Counted from the first letter of the whole stretch, positions 48,856 through 62,421 are shown. The stretch is DNA of 63,858 nucleotides, filler included, from Saprolegnia diclina VS20 (GCF_000281045.1; 9 parts of 3 records of this genome joined end to end with filler, not necessarily neighbours in it), one strand, 5' to 3'. Program-made: numbers and translations. Notes: a model not told the origin generated them from the letters alone.

Positions 48856-50419
48856 CTAAGTCTCTAGCTTGCCGAGGCGGGTCACACATGTGGCAAGCTC
48901 ACAGAGGCAGCGCTCTTTGAACTCGTTGCAGAGTCCGGCGCTTTTCTTGATAAGGACCGTGCGTTTGCCGTCGCCGACCGTCGTCGTAACCGGTGTCTTG
49001 GTCGCGGCACACACTTCGGCGAGCAATTTTGCTCGGACGACGTCGGGTTGCGTCGGGTACGTCTGTGCAATTAGAATTTGCAACAGGTGGTAGTCGATGA
49101 GCGCCTTGTGCTCGGCGGCGCGCGCGCGCAGGTCGTAGTGCGCGCCAAAGCTAATGTACAAGTACCCGACCGTGATGAGCGCCGCAAGGACGCACAGGAC
49201 GATGGTTTCGATGTCAAAACAGCCGTCGCTAGCGCAAATACTCGGAAAGAGCGCATTCTCGACTGCTGTCGTGGTCAAAAACACAAAGCTCAATGTCGTG
49301 TGCATGTCCAGTGTCGTCATGTAGGGAATCTGCGGGATCGCGCCGGCGACGACAAACTTGTAGGCGACCGCCGTCAGAAGCAGCGTCAGCGAGATCGAGA
49401 GGCGGTCCGGGGTCGCCAAGCGGGTGTTGGGCGATTCGATTGCAAACGAGAGAAAACCGAGGTACGTGAGCAGCCCCATAGGAAGCAAGATGTTGGTGAT
49501 GTAGTAGCCGGGTTTCCGCTGTAACACGATCGATGTACTGCAGTGGTCGTAAATGTGCCCGGACGACGACTCGACCGCATCGCTTTGGTCGACGAGCGCA
49601 ATCACGTGCTCGGCGCTGACGACGTCAAACACATTTCCAAGTTGAAAGTTGTTGCGGAGAAAGAGGCTCGGGAAGTGCTCGTTGGCCCGTAGCCGAACGT
49701 ACGTGCCCGGGAGGTTGACGGTCCAGATCACGTGCAATTGCTGCGTGTCGAACGGGAAGCTTTGCAGCTCGAGCTGCTCGGAAAACGACCCGCGCAGTCG
49801 GAGTTTAAAGCAATAGTCGGCGTGCCCTGGAATCATCGACCGGATACTGTAGCTACACCACATCTCGCGACTCCCGTCTTGCGAGACGACGTTGAGGCAG
49901 TCGATGGTCTTTTCCGAGAGACCAATGGCAGACGCGACCTCGGTGACCCACGCTTCGTCGACGGCTGGCGTCGCAATGGCGCGCAGGCGCAGCTCAAAGT
50001 ACACGTCGGCGTCGAACGTCTGGCCCACCGTGTCGATGCGGTAGACGTTAAAGATCGTAGTCCGGCAGTGTAGCAGGAGGGGCGGCAGTAGGAAAGCACT
50101 GCAGATGTCGTCGTGGCTTTTCGGGCGCAGCGTCGGGTTGCCGTCGACTCGCGTATGCACAATCTCATATGGGAAGAGCGACGCGAGATCAATGTCTTCG
50201 TCGTCGATGGGCCGAATCGACCGGCATCGGATCAACGTGCCGTTGTCGGAGACGGTTTGGATCTTCCAGAGCCCGCCAGGCCCGCCAGTGAGCGCGAGGA
50301 ACCGACTCGAGGCCGCTTGGTCTGCGTCCGAGACGGCGGTGGCGACGACAACGTCGAGCCGCCGATCCAGGAACGTGTACGAGACAACTGTGCTGTGCCA
50401 CCGACTGGGTTGGTGGCTT
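48856..50419 (-). CDS. Pentameric ligand-gated ion channel subunit (Cys-less Pro-loop type), 5'-truncated by gap
   Basis: IDTVGQTFDADVY, LELQSFPFDTQQL, LQRKPGYYITNILLP (M1), DRLSISLTLLLT (M2), IPQIPYMTTLD (M3) and M4. The frame is open up to the gap. Confidence 0.9.
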
Positions 50420-50519
50420 NNNNNNNNNNNNNNNNNNNNNNNNNNNNNNNNNNNNNNNNNNNNTTAATTAATTAANNNNNNNNNNNNNNNNNNNNNNNNN
50501 NNNNNNNNNNNNNNNNNNN

Positions 50520-52240
50520 TTTTGCCACTGCAACAAGAATACCGAGATGTCATGGCTCGCCCAGTACTCGACTTCTTCTGGTACGGACAGAGTATTTGTC
50601 TGGACATGCTGCAGCCACAGACGACCTGGTACGGACGCTGCCAAATCGTTGCCAATGCCAATGTCGAACGAGGTGCCCCAGCACGATCGCCATACCGTCC
50701 AGTCTTGTAGATTGCGCAGACTCGTCTCGAGGTACCGGGCTCCGTTGTGCTGACTGAGAGCTGCGCACCGAGCCTGTCGCTGGCTCGTGCTGGCCATCTC
50801 CCACGTCCGATCCAGGTCAAGCCAGCAGTACTGCGTAAACATCCACGGCATTTGACACGGATGCATGGCCCGGAGACCAGCCACCAGCTCGTGCAACGGC
50901 GCCGACGCATTGAAGAGGTACCGGCGCGCCACCGTGGGATACCACGCAACGGAGGTGGCCGACGAGTTGTACGACTGCAGTGGGTCCCCAAACGCTGGGC
51001 CGTGCAGTGCAATCGAAGCGTCAGTGGACGTGAGAAGCTGGCGGTTGAAGGTGTTGGCAAGGAAGGCGTGCATACCAGTAGCGTTGAAGCCGGCCCAGCC
51101 ATAGTCGTTGGCCAGCGCCGTCTCCAATACATTCAAATACGTGGTATTACTCCAGAGAGTGATGCCAGTGTAGACTATCCCCAAGAGGCCTAAGAGGCGC
51201 TGCACCGAGCGCATACCAAGTAAGCTTGGCCAGTCCCAATTTGGTTGCGTCGTCTGCGTGGGCAGGGTCGGTGCGCTAAACGGTAGAATGGGCGACGGCT
51301 TGTCCGTGGTCTCCAATTCATCGACACGGAGCCAGAGCCAGACCTTAAGATCAAACAAGTACTGCGTACCGTGCCATCGCAGCGGCACGATGCCGCACAT
51401 GATAGCGTCAATCACTACCATCGGTCGCGTCGTCGGTGACGCTGTCAGTGTCGACGGAGCTCTCGGTGGGAAGATAGCGCTCGGGCGTTTCGGGGCCATG
51501 TTGGCTGAGACACGATGTCTCGAGACCAGCGAGGCTGCCACCACCGACCCCAGGATGCTCAGAAGGAGCATACACCGGTCCCAGTGGCCGACACGAACCG
51601 TACCGCTGGAGCAATACGTCATATAGTCCATATTGACAGCGTAGCACTGACGATGCAGTGTCACAGAGAGATCCAGCGGAGCGCATTGGTCCAAGAGCAC
51701 GATGACGAGCCAGACGATGCACGCCATTGGAAATTGTCGCCAAGTAGCAGCGAGCGGCAAAAGCATATCATGAATCACATGCACGAGCCAGAGAGACTCG
51801 AGAGCCAAGATACTCGAGAGCAGCAATGACCGCCGCTCTGCCACGAGACGGTTCAGCCCGCTGGATGGTGTCATATCCAGTGGGACTGTGGCGAGGCACA
51901 AGATGGCCGCTGCGCTGCGGAAGAGCAGAATGTTCCGATTCATATAGACCGACGCGACTAGCGGTGTAAAGCTCGTCCACGCAGGCTCCACCCTGCCGCT
52001 GCAGCAGCGAAGCGACAACACTGTAAGACCTACGATGGCCAAAGTGCTAGTGGTGATCGACGCCGAGAGCCAGAGGTAGGGCCCGAACGCCGCCGGTGGC
52101 ACGATCAGGTCAGCGACCACCGGAGCGTACAAGCCAGAGAGGAGCGTGTACGAAGTCACGTCGCCTTGAAACGAGACGACCTCGCGAAAGTTGAGGGCCC
52201 AGTCATAGAGATAGGAGGCACCGAGAAATGCAAAGTCGGG
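50520..52240 (-). CDS. Internal fragment of a Saprolegniales-type giant multi-TM repeat protein
   Basis: Open throughout the contig; REVVSFQGD, SVYMNR.ILLFRS, C.SG.V.VG, LANDYGWAGFN, TQYCWLD..RTWEMA.T..RQARC. Confidence 0.8.
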
Positions 52241-52340
52241 NNNNNNNNNNNNNNNNNNNNNNNNNNNNNNNNNNNNNNNNNNNNTTAATTAATTAANNNN
52301 NNNNNNNNNNNNNNNNNNNNNNNNNNNNNNNNNNNNNNNN

Positions 52341-55300
52341 GCCAAATATACATAACGAGAGGGTAAAAACACATGACGGAGCAGATTGACTTGGCAAGTG
52401 GAGGATGACCTCTTGCGTCCATCGTCGAGGGTCAGTGCTGACACAGAGAGGTCATTGCTCACACAGTGCGGTGCGTTGCGGTCAGCACGGTACCACGCCA
52501 TATACATCACATGGCCATTCGACAAGAGCACAATGAATGCTGACTAATCCTCTTTCGCCAATGTGGCAGGTACACGTATGCCCCATCTTTATTCAAAGCG
52601 TCGTCATCGACTGTGTCAGAGAGCACCCGCTAGGCTACTTACTTGACATATTATTGGTCAAGGCGTGCACGACGAGCGCTGGTTCTTGGCCCAGTCGCGC
52701 CGCCACGTCACGCTTGGCATGCGCGATGGCGATTTGGAATGCCGTCATTCCCTCCTATTTCATCTGTGAGATTCGACTCGCGTCATTTGCTAATACTTTG
52801 TTTTCAGCGATGACGTGGAGCCGTGGCTGCTGCGCCTGCAAGAACGAGACGACGTCGAGAAACCCCTGTTGAGAGGCCGCGTGCAGCGGCGTGTTGCCAT
52901 CCTACACGAATCCAATCTCTCGTTGCCAATCGAATGGATCGTACATTGTCGGCCGCGTTGACATCGCAGTCCGTGTGCTCGACTATCGCGCGTACAAAGT
53001 CGAGGTTGCCGAGTTTGCACGCATAGATCAAGGCCGTCGCCCCGTATGCCTCCTACAGTCAGAAGGCAAAATCTGCAAAACAGCTCAGCCATGCAATACC
53101 GGAAAGCGACTGTTGACGTCGACGGACGGACTCTCGAGAAGTGCGCGGAGAGCATCCAAGTAGTCGCCGTGGCCCTCGACAGGGTCCAGGGCTTCGTATA
53201 TGACAACAGAAGGCAGGGGCATCGTGGTTGACGCGGGCAGAAAGGCCTGGCGCCAGTCCGGGCCGGTTTCGCACAGAGGGGCGTGGACCACCGTCGCGTT
53301 GCCATCGACAAACGGCAGCAACGCACGAAGGACATCGCCGTGTCCGCGGATCGCCGCATACGCCAGTGCCACCGACCCCTTCTGCGTTGCCTACAGCATC
53401 ATCTCTCAGTACGTAGGCTTGGAAAAAGAGACTTTACGTTGGGGACGTCGATCGGCGCGCCCATCTCTAGCAGGTAGCGCACCGCTGCCGCATGCCCCTC
53501 AGCACTCGCCATCGCTATGGCTGTCGTCGGTACCTACGTCTCATGAGCCAAAGTAGCCGCAAGTACGATATACCGGTGTCTCGACAATGTGTGCGACGTT
53601 GGCACCGCTGGCGACAAGAAGCTGCAGAATGTCCACGCTGCCGATCATGGCCGCACAGTGCAACGCCGTGTCTCCATGCTACAAGGTACGCATTCGGTTT
53701 GTTGTGAATGCGATATAAGGGAGTATGTACCGCGTCCGTGGCTTCCAAGTCCTTGATGAAAGGAAGCAGCACCGCAACCGTGCTTGCATCGTTGTGCATC
53801 ACCGCGTCCAGCAACGGAAGACGCCCGTCCTAATCCTAAGTGTCAGTTATAACGACGCAAGCGGAGTCGACGACATTGTCTTGGTTGGCATCAGCCCCGC
53901 GCTCGAGGAGCCACGACACGATGTGTGATTGCCGGTGGTTGACGGCGAGCTGGAGGTACGAGACATGCTAGCAAGTTGTTAGTCGAGTGGCTTGAACTAT
54001 CAGGATGCGGCGTACGCGAAGCGTCTGCGCCCTGTCATAACACGGGACGCGCTGCTGGATATCAAAATGCGGCAAGAGCAACTCTGCAAGGTCGCGGCGG
54101 CCAGTTGAAATGGCCTGCGCAAACACCGTCGAGCCAGCCTACACAGCATCGTATATTTGCAGGTCGAGAGGACATGGTATGTGTACATTGGTCGCGACGC
54201 GCACGTTGGCGCCGGCCGCCAAGAGCATCCTCGGGATTTCATTGGTCTGGAGCGCATGAACCGCACAAAAGATGGCAGTGCGCCCGGTCTGCGGACGTGC
54301 ATTTCAGGCCATCTAGCTGCATGTATGACAATTGTACCTCGTCATTTGCATCCAGATTGATCGACGCTTCTTGCAGCAAGCGCTGAACGACCGCGGTGCG
54401 CCCCAAGCACGCGGCGCCAATGAGCGGTGTGATTCCCCTCTGCACAATTGACAAACCATATCATGGCGGCAACGACGCACCGATTCGGTCGCGTTGCAGT
54501 CGGCACCGGCGCGGAGAAGGGCGTCGGCGACCGAGATGCGGCCTTCGGTACAAGCGCGTAGCAAGAAGGGCTCTCCGTTCTATGGCAGCAGCAGTGATAT
54601 GTAAAGACGGCATTGCATCGAGACACACCGATCGAATGCTGTTGACATTGTCCATCTTGGCAGCCAAATACACAACAACATCGTCGTGGCCTCGGTCGTA
54701 CGCGCCCAGAATCGGAAGGTCCTCGCCCTAGGTGACCATGCGTCCTCGGTGCTTATCGCGCCGCGTCGTACCACGTTGGTCGGTGCGACGTTGGCGCCGT
54801 GCTCGACGAGAAGCTGCACCATCTCCAAGAGGCCATTCAAGGCCGCATTGTAGAAAGCGTAATCGCCGTCCTATCCGTAGATATGACGACCAGCCGAGAA
54901 CACTCGCATCGTACCGCAGTGATCGCGTTAATGCCCGAAGTTGGCACAAAGTACTTGGCCATCTCGACTTGATTGAAGAGTACGGCGAGCAAAAGGGGTG
55001 GGCACTCATCCTACAGAACGTGTCAAGTTTGTACCCTGACGAGGTGCGTCGTGGAACCGGAAAGTCTTGCATGCCCTCATGGAGCGTCGTGTAGAGCTTG
55101 ACGAGCCCGAGCGAGTTGGAAAAGACAGCGGCTTCGAGCGGGCTTTGCTTTGTCTATCAAAGCTTGTTAGTGCTCGCTGCGCTCAAATATGACGCACCGC
55201 GCGGTCGTGGGACTCGCCCGGACGCATCATGATCATTGACGCCCACGCGAGCTTCATGCGGAGGTTCGCATTCTCCACAAGCTGCTTTTGAATCGTCTAG

Positions 55301-56215
55301 TAGAGGCTTTGAGGCATTATTGTCGTCGTGTCCCGAGGTACCGGCGTCTCCAAGCGCGGGTCTGCGTCGTAGGCCAAGAGCAGATCCATGAGCACTGGGT
55401 TCCCCGATGCCAGCGCAGTCGTCAGCGGCGAAGCCTGAGCGAATAGAACGTCGCGCGCGACAAAATTGGCCAATGGAAGCTGCTGAAGCTTGTCAGGCAG
55501 CGACGTTAAGAGCCGCGAGTTGGGCGACGCCCCCCGCGCCAACAAATACGTAAGAAAGTGCACGTTGAAGGTCGTCATCGCATCGGCCACCGCCGCGTGC
55601 ACAAGACTGAGTCCCGTTAACGCTTGGACCACGTCTAGTGACGCGCCGTGTTGGTGCAAGTACGAGATAATGTCCTCGCGGCGGTGCGCCACCGCGTAGG
55701 TCATCGCGTTGCACCCGTGCTAGAAAGGTCATGTAGCAATCTGAAACCGCCATTGCGCCACTTTGCACCTTGTCAACAAGATCCATGGTGGCGCCACGCG
55801 CCAAAAGCACGTCGACGATGGCCTTGTGGCCGGCCGCCGCACCCGCCATGAGAAGTGTGCACCCGTTCTAGACATAGCAAGCAAGCTCGCGACAAAAGTC
55901 GACGGTGTAGGAGGTACCTCGTTGGACGTGTTGGGACTGTCGCCCTCGTTTAGCAGGCGCGTCACGAGCGCGACGTCATTGATTTGCACCGCGTTGAACA
56001 AGAGCGACGCGTCCTATGCCATTGCTGCGATCACATGTCAAATTAGGAGGCGGTAGCGCGCACGGTGGACATTGTTGATGTGTCAGCGATGGCGAGAAGA
56101 GCGGGCATGACGTTGGAGGAATAGGCCGCCGCCAACACCTAACGATCACGGTCGTGCCTCGAACGGCTGGGAACAGGGACTGTACCTGCGTGATAGCAGA
56201 GATCTCGTTGCCCAT
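52341..56215 (-). CDS. Multi-exon ankyrin-repeat protein with putative N-myristoylation start (MGNEIS); 3' end uncertain
   Basis: Many ~33-aa exons with ankyrin consensus (AAAGHKAIVDVLLARGA, TPLIGAACLGRTAVVQRLL, YAAIRGHGDVLRALL, YACKLGNLDFVRAIV). Confidence 0.8.
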
Positions 56216-57130
56216 ACACCAAGTAGTCGCCAAAACAAATATGCTGGCGAACGCAGCCTTCAAGTCCGGATGGTATCCGGCGGCTTCCAATTTCTCACGT
56301 GGAATAAAAATACCTTGGAGTTGGCAACAAGCTACCTGGACCATAGATCATTTCAAATAAAAATATCTTGAAATTCGAGTCGATGACCACATTTAGTTAT
56401 TCCCTTGCGTACCACTGTTTTATGTCTGCGTGATAGCCCGGTGCACCCATCCACAGTTGTGTTCTCATGATTCTTGCGCGCGGACTACGTACCCCGGGGC
56501 ATACCGGTATCCACCGATCCACTGTCCATCTCAGCCGTGCCTGTGTTGAGTTGCTAGCACGCCCAGATGCAAGCAACATCGGAGGAAGCTGCCATGGGCA
56601 TTGAAATGTTGAGATGGTTCCTCTAGCCACTGAGCTAAGCCGCCGAGGGCCCAAATCCAGATAGCTGAGTACAGCCAATACGCCAAGACCAATACGACCC
56701 TGTTCCCACTCAAGTACACCTGTAGACTGAGGCTGAAGCTATAGAGGTAGCTGTGAGATGACCGGAGCGTAACACGTAGGACAGAGTTGCACCCCAGCGG
56801 CACTCCCGAGCGGGCAGAAACCACGTTCAAGTGTCCTCACATCAAGTCGGGTATGCCTTGTATACGTCGGTCCTTGTGTGGGCGCGTTGTGACAAGAACG
56901 AACCTTCCTGGCCTAATGACGTCATTGGACCGTTCCATTCAAACGAACGGTCACAAACCTTGGCAGTTTCATCGAGGCAACACGCTGTAATTTACAGTGT
57001 TTCATACACTGTATTCGACGGCCATCCTTGCCACTTCAAAGCATCGGTCCGAAACGCTTCACGCTACGGAGCCAGAAAGGGTGCGCAAAACACACCGCCG
57101 AAACGCCACAGTGGCTTCTCAGCAGCTCTG

Positions 57131-59442
57131 ATGCCAGCCCAGAGCCACTTCTGCCAACGATCCCAGCGGCGTGTGCATGTAGGCCCGTCCGCGACAACGA
57201 CCACTATCGATGGGTTGCCCAAGATGGTGGGTCCGCCTGCCTCTCTCTCTTCTCAGATCAAGTCGAGTCACCGCCTCGTCGAGCTTTGCGGCATGCTCTC
57301 TGTCGTCGTTTCGATTGGCATTAGNNNNNNNNNNNNNNNNNNNNNNNNNNNNNNNNNNNNNNNNNNNNTTAATTAATTAANNNNNNNNNNNNNNNNNNNN
57401 NNNNNNNNNNNNNNNNNNNNNNNNCATCGTGTCTCTGCCAACATAGCCCCGAAACGCCCGAGCGCTATCTTCCCACCGAGAGCTCCGTCGACACTGACAG
57501 CGTCACCGACGACGCGACCGATGGCGGTGGTTGACGCTATCATGTGCGGCATCGTGCCGCTGCGATGGCGCGGTGCGCAGTACTTGTTTGATCTTAAGGT
57601 CTGGCTCTGGCTCCGCGTCGATGAACTGGAGACTACGGACAAGCCGTCGCCCATTCTGCCGTTCGGCGCACCGACCCTGCCCACCCTACCAACCAAGCCA
57701 AATTTGGACAGGCTGACCTTACTTGGTATACACTCCGTGCAGCGCCTTCTAGGCCTCTTGGGGATAGTCTACACAGGTATCACTCTCTGGAGTAACGCTG
57801 CCTACTTGAGCGTCTTGGAGACGGCGCTGGCCAACGACTATGGCTGGGCCGGCTTCAACGCTACTGGTATGCACGCCTTCCTTGCTAATACGTTCAACCG
57901 CCAGCTCCTCACGTCCAGTGACGCTTCGATTGCACTGCACGACCCAGCGTTTGGGGACCCACTGCAGTCATACAACTCGTCGGCCACCTCCGTTGCGTGG
58001 TATCCCACGGTGGCGCGCCGGTACCTCTTCAATGCGTCGGCGCCGTTGCAAGAGCTAGTGGCTGGTCTCCGGGCCATGCATCCGTGTCAAATGCCGTGGA
58101 TGTTTACGCAGTACTGCTGGCTTGACCTAGATCGGACGTGGGAGATGGCCAGCACGAGCCAGCGACAGGCTCGGTGCGCAGCTCTCAGCCAGCACAACGG
58201 AGCCCGGTACCTCGAGACGAGTCTGCGCAACCTACAAGACTGGACGGTATGGCGATCGTGCTGGGGCACCTCGTTCGACATTGGTATGGGCAACGACTTG
58301 GCAGCGTCCGTACAAGGTCGTCAGTGGCTGCAGCATGTCCAGTCAAATACTCTGTCCGTACCAGAAGAAGTCGAGTACTGGGCGAGCCATGACATCTCGG
58401 TATTCTTGTTGCAGTGGCAAAACTTCAAAGACACGGGTCTCAGTGATTCGATGGTCATCTCGACGCCGTTCGGTCTCTCGTACAGTCTGCCGATCAGTGA
58501 GCGCCGAGGCATCGTGCACCTCGACTACCAGACGTCGCATCGTATGTACTGGGGACTCGCGAGCGACCTCTGGGCCGTGAGCAATAATGCGACCAGCGTC
58601 GGTGGCTTGTCGCTCTTGCGCAACAGTCCCCACTTTGCCTTTGCGAATGCGACACGCGCGAGTTTGCTCTTTGAAAACCTGACGCTCTCATCGCCGCTGA
58701 ACGCTGGTTTGGCACTCTATGACACATGTTTGGGACCATTTGGCGCTGTCGACATGGTGTACGTAAGCTGTCCAGCGTCGCTGCTTGCGCTCTACCGCTA
58801 CGTTCTGCAAACGATCGCAACTGCAACTAGCACCAACCTTGAAGCGCAGAAGCAATTTCTCAATCTGCCGGCCAAGACATACATTGGTCAGCTGCCGCAG
58901 GCTCTGCTCAATGACACAAGCGTGCGCCTCATGGGGGGTAACCTCATGTGCGGCAGCGACCTGCCGGAAACCACACCATCAAACGCACTACTGACGCTCT
59001 ATGCGATCGACACGGTATGCGGCTGGCGGTACCGGGACTTCTTTACACCATCCACGACCGGTCTTGTCTTTGCCCTCGCGGCCTTTGACGCCCTACATCA
59101 AATCCAGCCAAAGCTCGACTTCGCCGCTTTTTGTGCAAGTGATCTATACGCCGAGCCCAACTGCGAGGCCATCTACAACGCGTACGACACATATATAACA
59201 ACCTACTTTCCAGATACAGCAACGCTCCAAGCATTGGCAATTGCAGCCGAGACCGACACCCGATCTCTCTCTATCGAGACGACCCAGTACGTCAACCGTA
59301 GCGGCGCTATCGAGCTATACCGAATCAATATTCTGGATCCGACTGACCGCCCCTGGACGTTCTTTGGCTGGAACTATCTCGCCGAGTGGGTTGTCGGTCA
59401 GCGCGAAGTTGTCTCGTTTCAAGGCGACGGCGGCACGGTCAC
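57131..59442 (+). CDS. Saprolegniales-type giant multi-TM repeat protein; probable start at 57131, internal gap, 3' end in gap
   Basis: MPAQ..RRVHVGP...LVELCGMLSVVVSIGI before the linker; open frame 57425-59442 with the same motifs as 50520-52240. Confidence 0.75.
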
Positions 59443-59542
59443 NNNNNNNNNNNNNNNNNNNNNNNNNNNNNNNNNNNNNNNNNNNNTTAATTAATTAANN
59501 NNNNNNNNNNNNNNNNNNNNNNNNNNNNNNNNNNNNNNNNNN

Positions 59543-61587
59543 GGTAAGGCCTCGGACGCTTTGACGGCCACTGGCGACGATGCACGGCTGGACGCAACCG
59601 AAGGTGCCGGCGGCGGCGCGCGAGTCGAAGCCGTTGTCGTTGGAGCGGTCGATGAGACCGTCGATGAGGTGGGCGAAGCGCTCCTTGCTTTGGTTCGGGG
59701 ATCAGACGCGCTGCGGTAGTTGGTCGCCCGTTGCCGATGGCTGTCGTCGTTGCTCCTGTCATGCGAATCGCTTGGCAGCGTCACGTGGCGGCGGGACGAC
59801 AACGTGTCACTGCTGTTCCGGCTCGACGAAGCGTCGGCTAAGTAGACGGTGCGTCCACCTCCCGTCGCCATGTCCGACAGCAGCGTACGTTGAATCTTGG
59901 CCGGCGGCATCGGTGGGTCGCTCAGTGGGCGCTTGAGTCGATCGTCAATGCTGTCACCCTTGCTAACGGTAAAGGCTATAGATGACTTGTTGATGCCACC
60001 GAGGTTGACGATCGTTGTGCGCTGCGGCACGACCGGCGTCGTCGACCGGCTCAGTTGCACGATTTTGCCGCGCGGAGGTAGCTCCTCGGTATCCGTCACG
60101 GCTTTAATGGGGAGGGGTGGCTTGGTGCTGGTTGTCGTTGACGCCGTCGTCGGTGTTGTTGACGTCAACGATGCTGTTGTTGTCGGCGGCGGCGGTAGGC
60201 GAGGGTCCTGTGGGCCGGCTACAGCAACACTGGTGTCACCACTAGTACCGGTTTGAAGGAGTCGATCCAGGTCTTGGCTCCATGCGTCGGATGCAGGCAC
60301 AACATCATGGAGCTTCCACCCGCTCGCACTCGCCGTCCACGCCGACGGCATGGGCGCGAGCACTGGTTGGTACTGGAAGGGCGTGGCCGGAGGTGGCACG
60401 ACCGGCGTCACGTGCACCGCCAGCGGACTCGTGTTGGTCGGTGGCGGTGAGGTCACAACGCGCGGCGGCGTCGGCAGAATAGCCTTGGTCGTCCAGCGCT
60501 CTTCGCTCGGATGGCGGGCACTCGTGTACTCTTGCTTCTTGTCGTAGGACGGCCGGTCGGGCGAGTAGTCGCGGTCGCGTGGCTGGTCTTTGCGCTGTCG
60601 CATGCGTTTGTAGTTGTCGTCGATCGCCTTGACCGCCGCAAAGAATGCTGCGTACAGGTTCTCGAGCGCGCCTGTGAGCACAAACAGCGTCTTCAACCGA
60701 AGGTTGACGACGCTCTTGAGCACCTTGGTCTCGACTTGAAGCCGTTCNNNNNNNNNNNNNNNNNNNNNNNNNNNNNNNNNNNNNNNNNNNNNNNNNNNNN
60801 NNNNNNNNNNNNNNNNNNNNNNNNNNNNNNNNNNNNNNNNNNNNNNNCCCTCGTTGATTGCCTCGACCGTCGCAAAGTGGGCTGCGTACAGGTTCTCGAG
60901 CGTCCCCGTCAGCACAAAGAGCGTCTTGTTCGGAAGGTTGGACACCTGCTTGAGCACCTTGGTCTCGACTTGAAGCCGTTCGTACCTCAATACCATGCGC
61001 ATGTTGTTGACTTCTGCTACGTCGCGGTTGAGCAAGATAAGGCGGAGTGTATACACGAGGCGAGTCGGGTCCGACGGCAACGCCTCAAACTCGACCTGCA
61101 CTTGGTGGAGCCGATTGCAAGCGGCCTTGACGTTGTCGATCGCGCCCGTAACGTGCAGCCGGCGCAGGGGCGTCGCCATCTCCATCTCCTCGACGTCTTC
61201 AATGTAGATGTGCGTATGAGTGGCGTCGGCGACGTGCTGGAGGCGCGCGGACGCATGCTCCAAGAGGTACGCCGCAAAGTCGGATCGAATGTGCACCACC
61301 GACTTGTTGTGCAGGTACTTGGCGGTCTCGAACGTCGGCTTGAGCTTGGCGCGCAGGATCTCCTGCATGCGTGGCACGAGCATTCGCATGGCCGCTTCGA
61401 TCACATGCGGCAGGCCCGCGATGCAGAGGATGCGGCAGTCCTTGTAGACAGGCACGTCGACGATGTATATGTAGGTCTTGGAGGATTGCGCGACCTCCTT
61501 GAGCTCCTCGCCCGAGCGCATGTTGAGGGTCCGCGCCACGTCGGCTTGCACGAGCAGGAACGACTTGGACTTGCAGTGGTCCCGCAT
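59543..61587 (-). CDS. Protein with degenerate KH-like domains and a long S/T/P-rich disordered tail (3' end in gap)
   Basis: LLV...ARTLNMRSGEELKEVAQSSKTYIYI...RILCIAG...IEAA and ARLQHVADATHTHIYI...RRLHVTGAIDNVKAA follow type-I KH spacing. Confidence 0.65.
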
Positions 61588-62117
61588 CGCCAAACCGCTG
61601 CGAACCGCGTTTCTCAATACTGCCCACCCACCAAAACACATGTATACAGTGTTTCAAAACAGTGTTGCATCCAGTGTTTATCACACTGGATAGGCTTGCA
61701 GGGTCGTGTCCGTAGTACAGTGTATTGCGGTCGCTGGTGCGCAACGAGCGCAACCGAGCTGCCTTCCGCACGCACGATTATGCTGCGCGCGGGTCGACGC
61801 CACGGCTACGGCGGCCTTGACGATACCGTCGCGACAGCTTTGGCTCGGTTATCTTTATTAGCTCGTACTTATTTCTCAAGTCAACCAAGACGGCGTAGAA
61901 GACTGCATGCAAGCTTGCTATAATATTGGAGAAGACTGCTAGCTGTGGACGATCGCGTTGATCTCTTGCTGCACCTGCATGACTGCGAGGAGGTCGCCCA
62001 CCATGAGAATCTTGGTCNNNNNNNNNNNNNNNNNNNNNNNNNNNNNNNNNNNNNNNNNNNNTTAATTAATTAANNNNNNNNNNNNNNNNNNNNNNNNNNN
62101 NNNNNNNNNNNNNNNNN

Positions 62118-62398
62118 GCACTAGTAGGCGCGTCCGTCGGCGAGTTGGTGGGGGCTGCAGTCGGCGCGTTAGTCGGTGCACTAGTAGGCGCGTCTGTCGG
62201 CGAGTTGGTGGGGGCTGCAGTCGGCGCGTTAGTTGGCGCGTCGGTTGGTGGAGCCGTCGGGGCGGCAGTCGGGGCGGCAGTTGGCACAATCGTTGGGACC
62301 ATCGTAGGCGCATCCGTGGGTGGCGACACGTCACCACACCACTTGGGGTCGGCCGCGACCATTGTTGCGAGAGCAAGCGACAAGAGAGGTAGGCGCAT
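62118..62398 (-). CDS. Secreted mucin-like xAPT-repeat protein (3' end in gap)
   Basis: Signal peptide MRLPLLSLALATMVAA; PTDA/PTAA/PTNA repeats with a 60-bp higher-order unit. Confidence 0.8.
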
Positions 62399-62402
62399 CG
62401 TC

Positions 62403-62421
62403 GATCAAATTGAAGAATGAC
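62403..62421 (-). promoter_or_regulatory. Oomycete Inr/FPR core promoter of the xAPT gene
   Basis: Minus-strand GTCATTCTTCAATTTGATC matches CATTYBNNNWTTY immediately upstream of ATG 62398. Confidence 0.7.
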
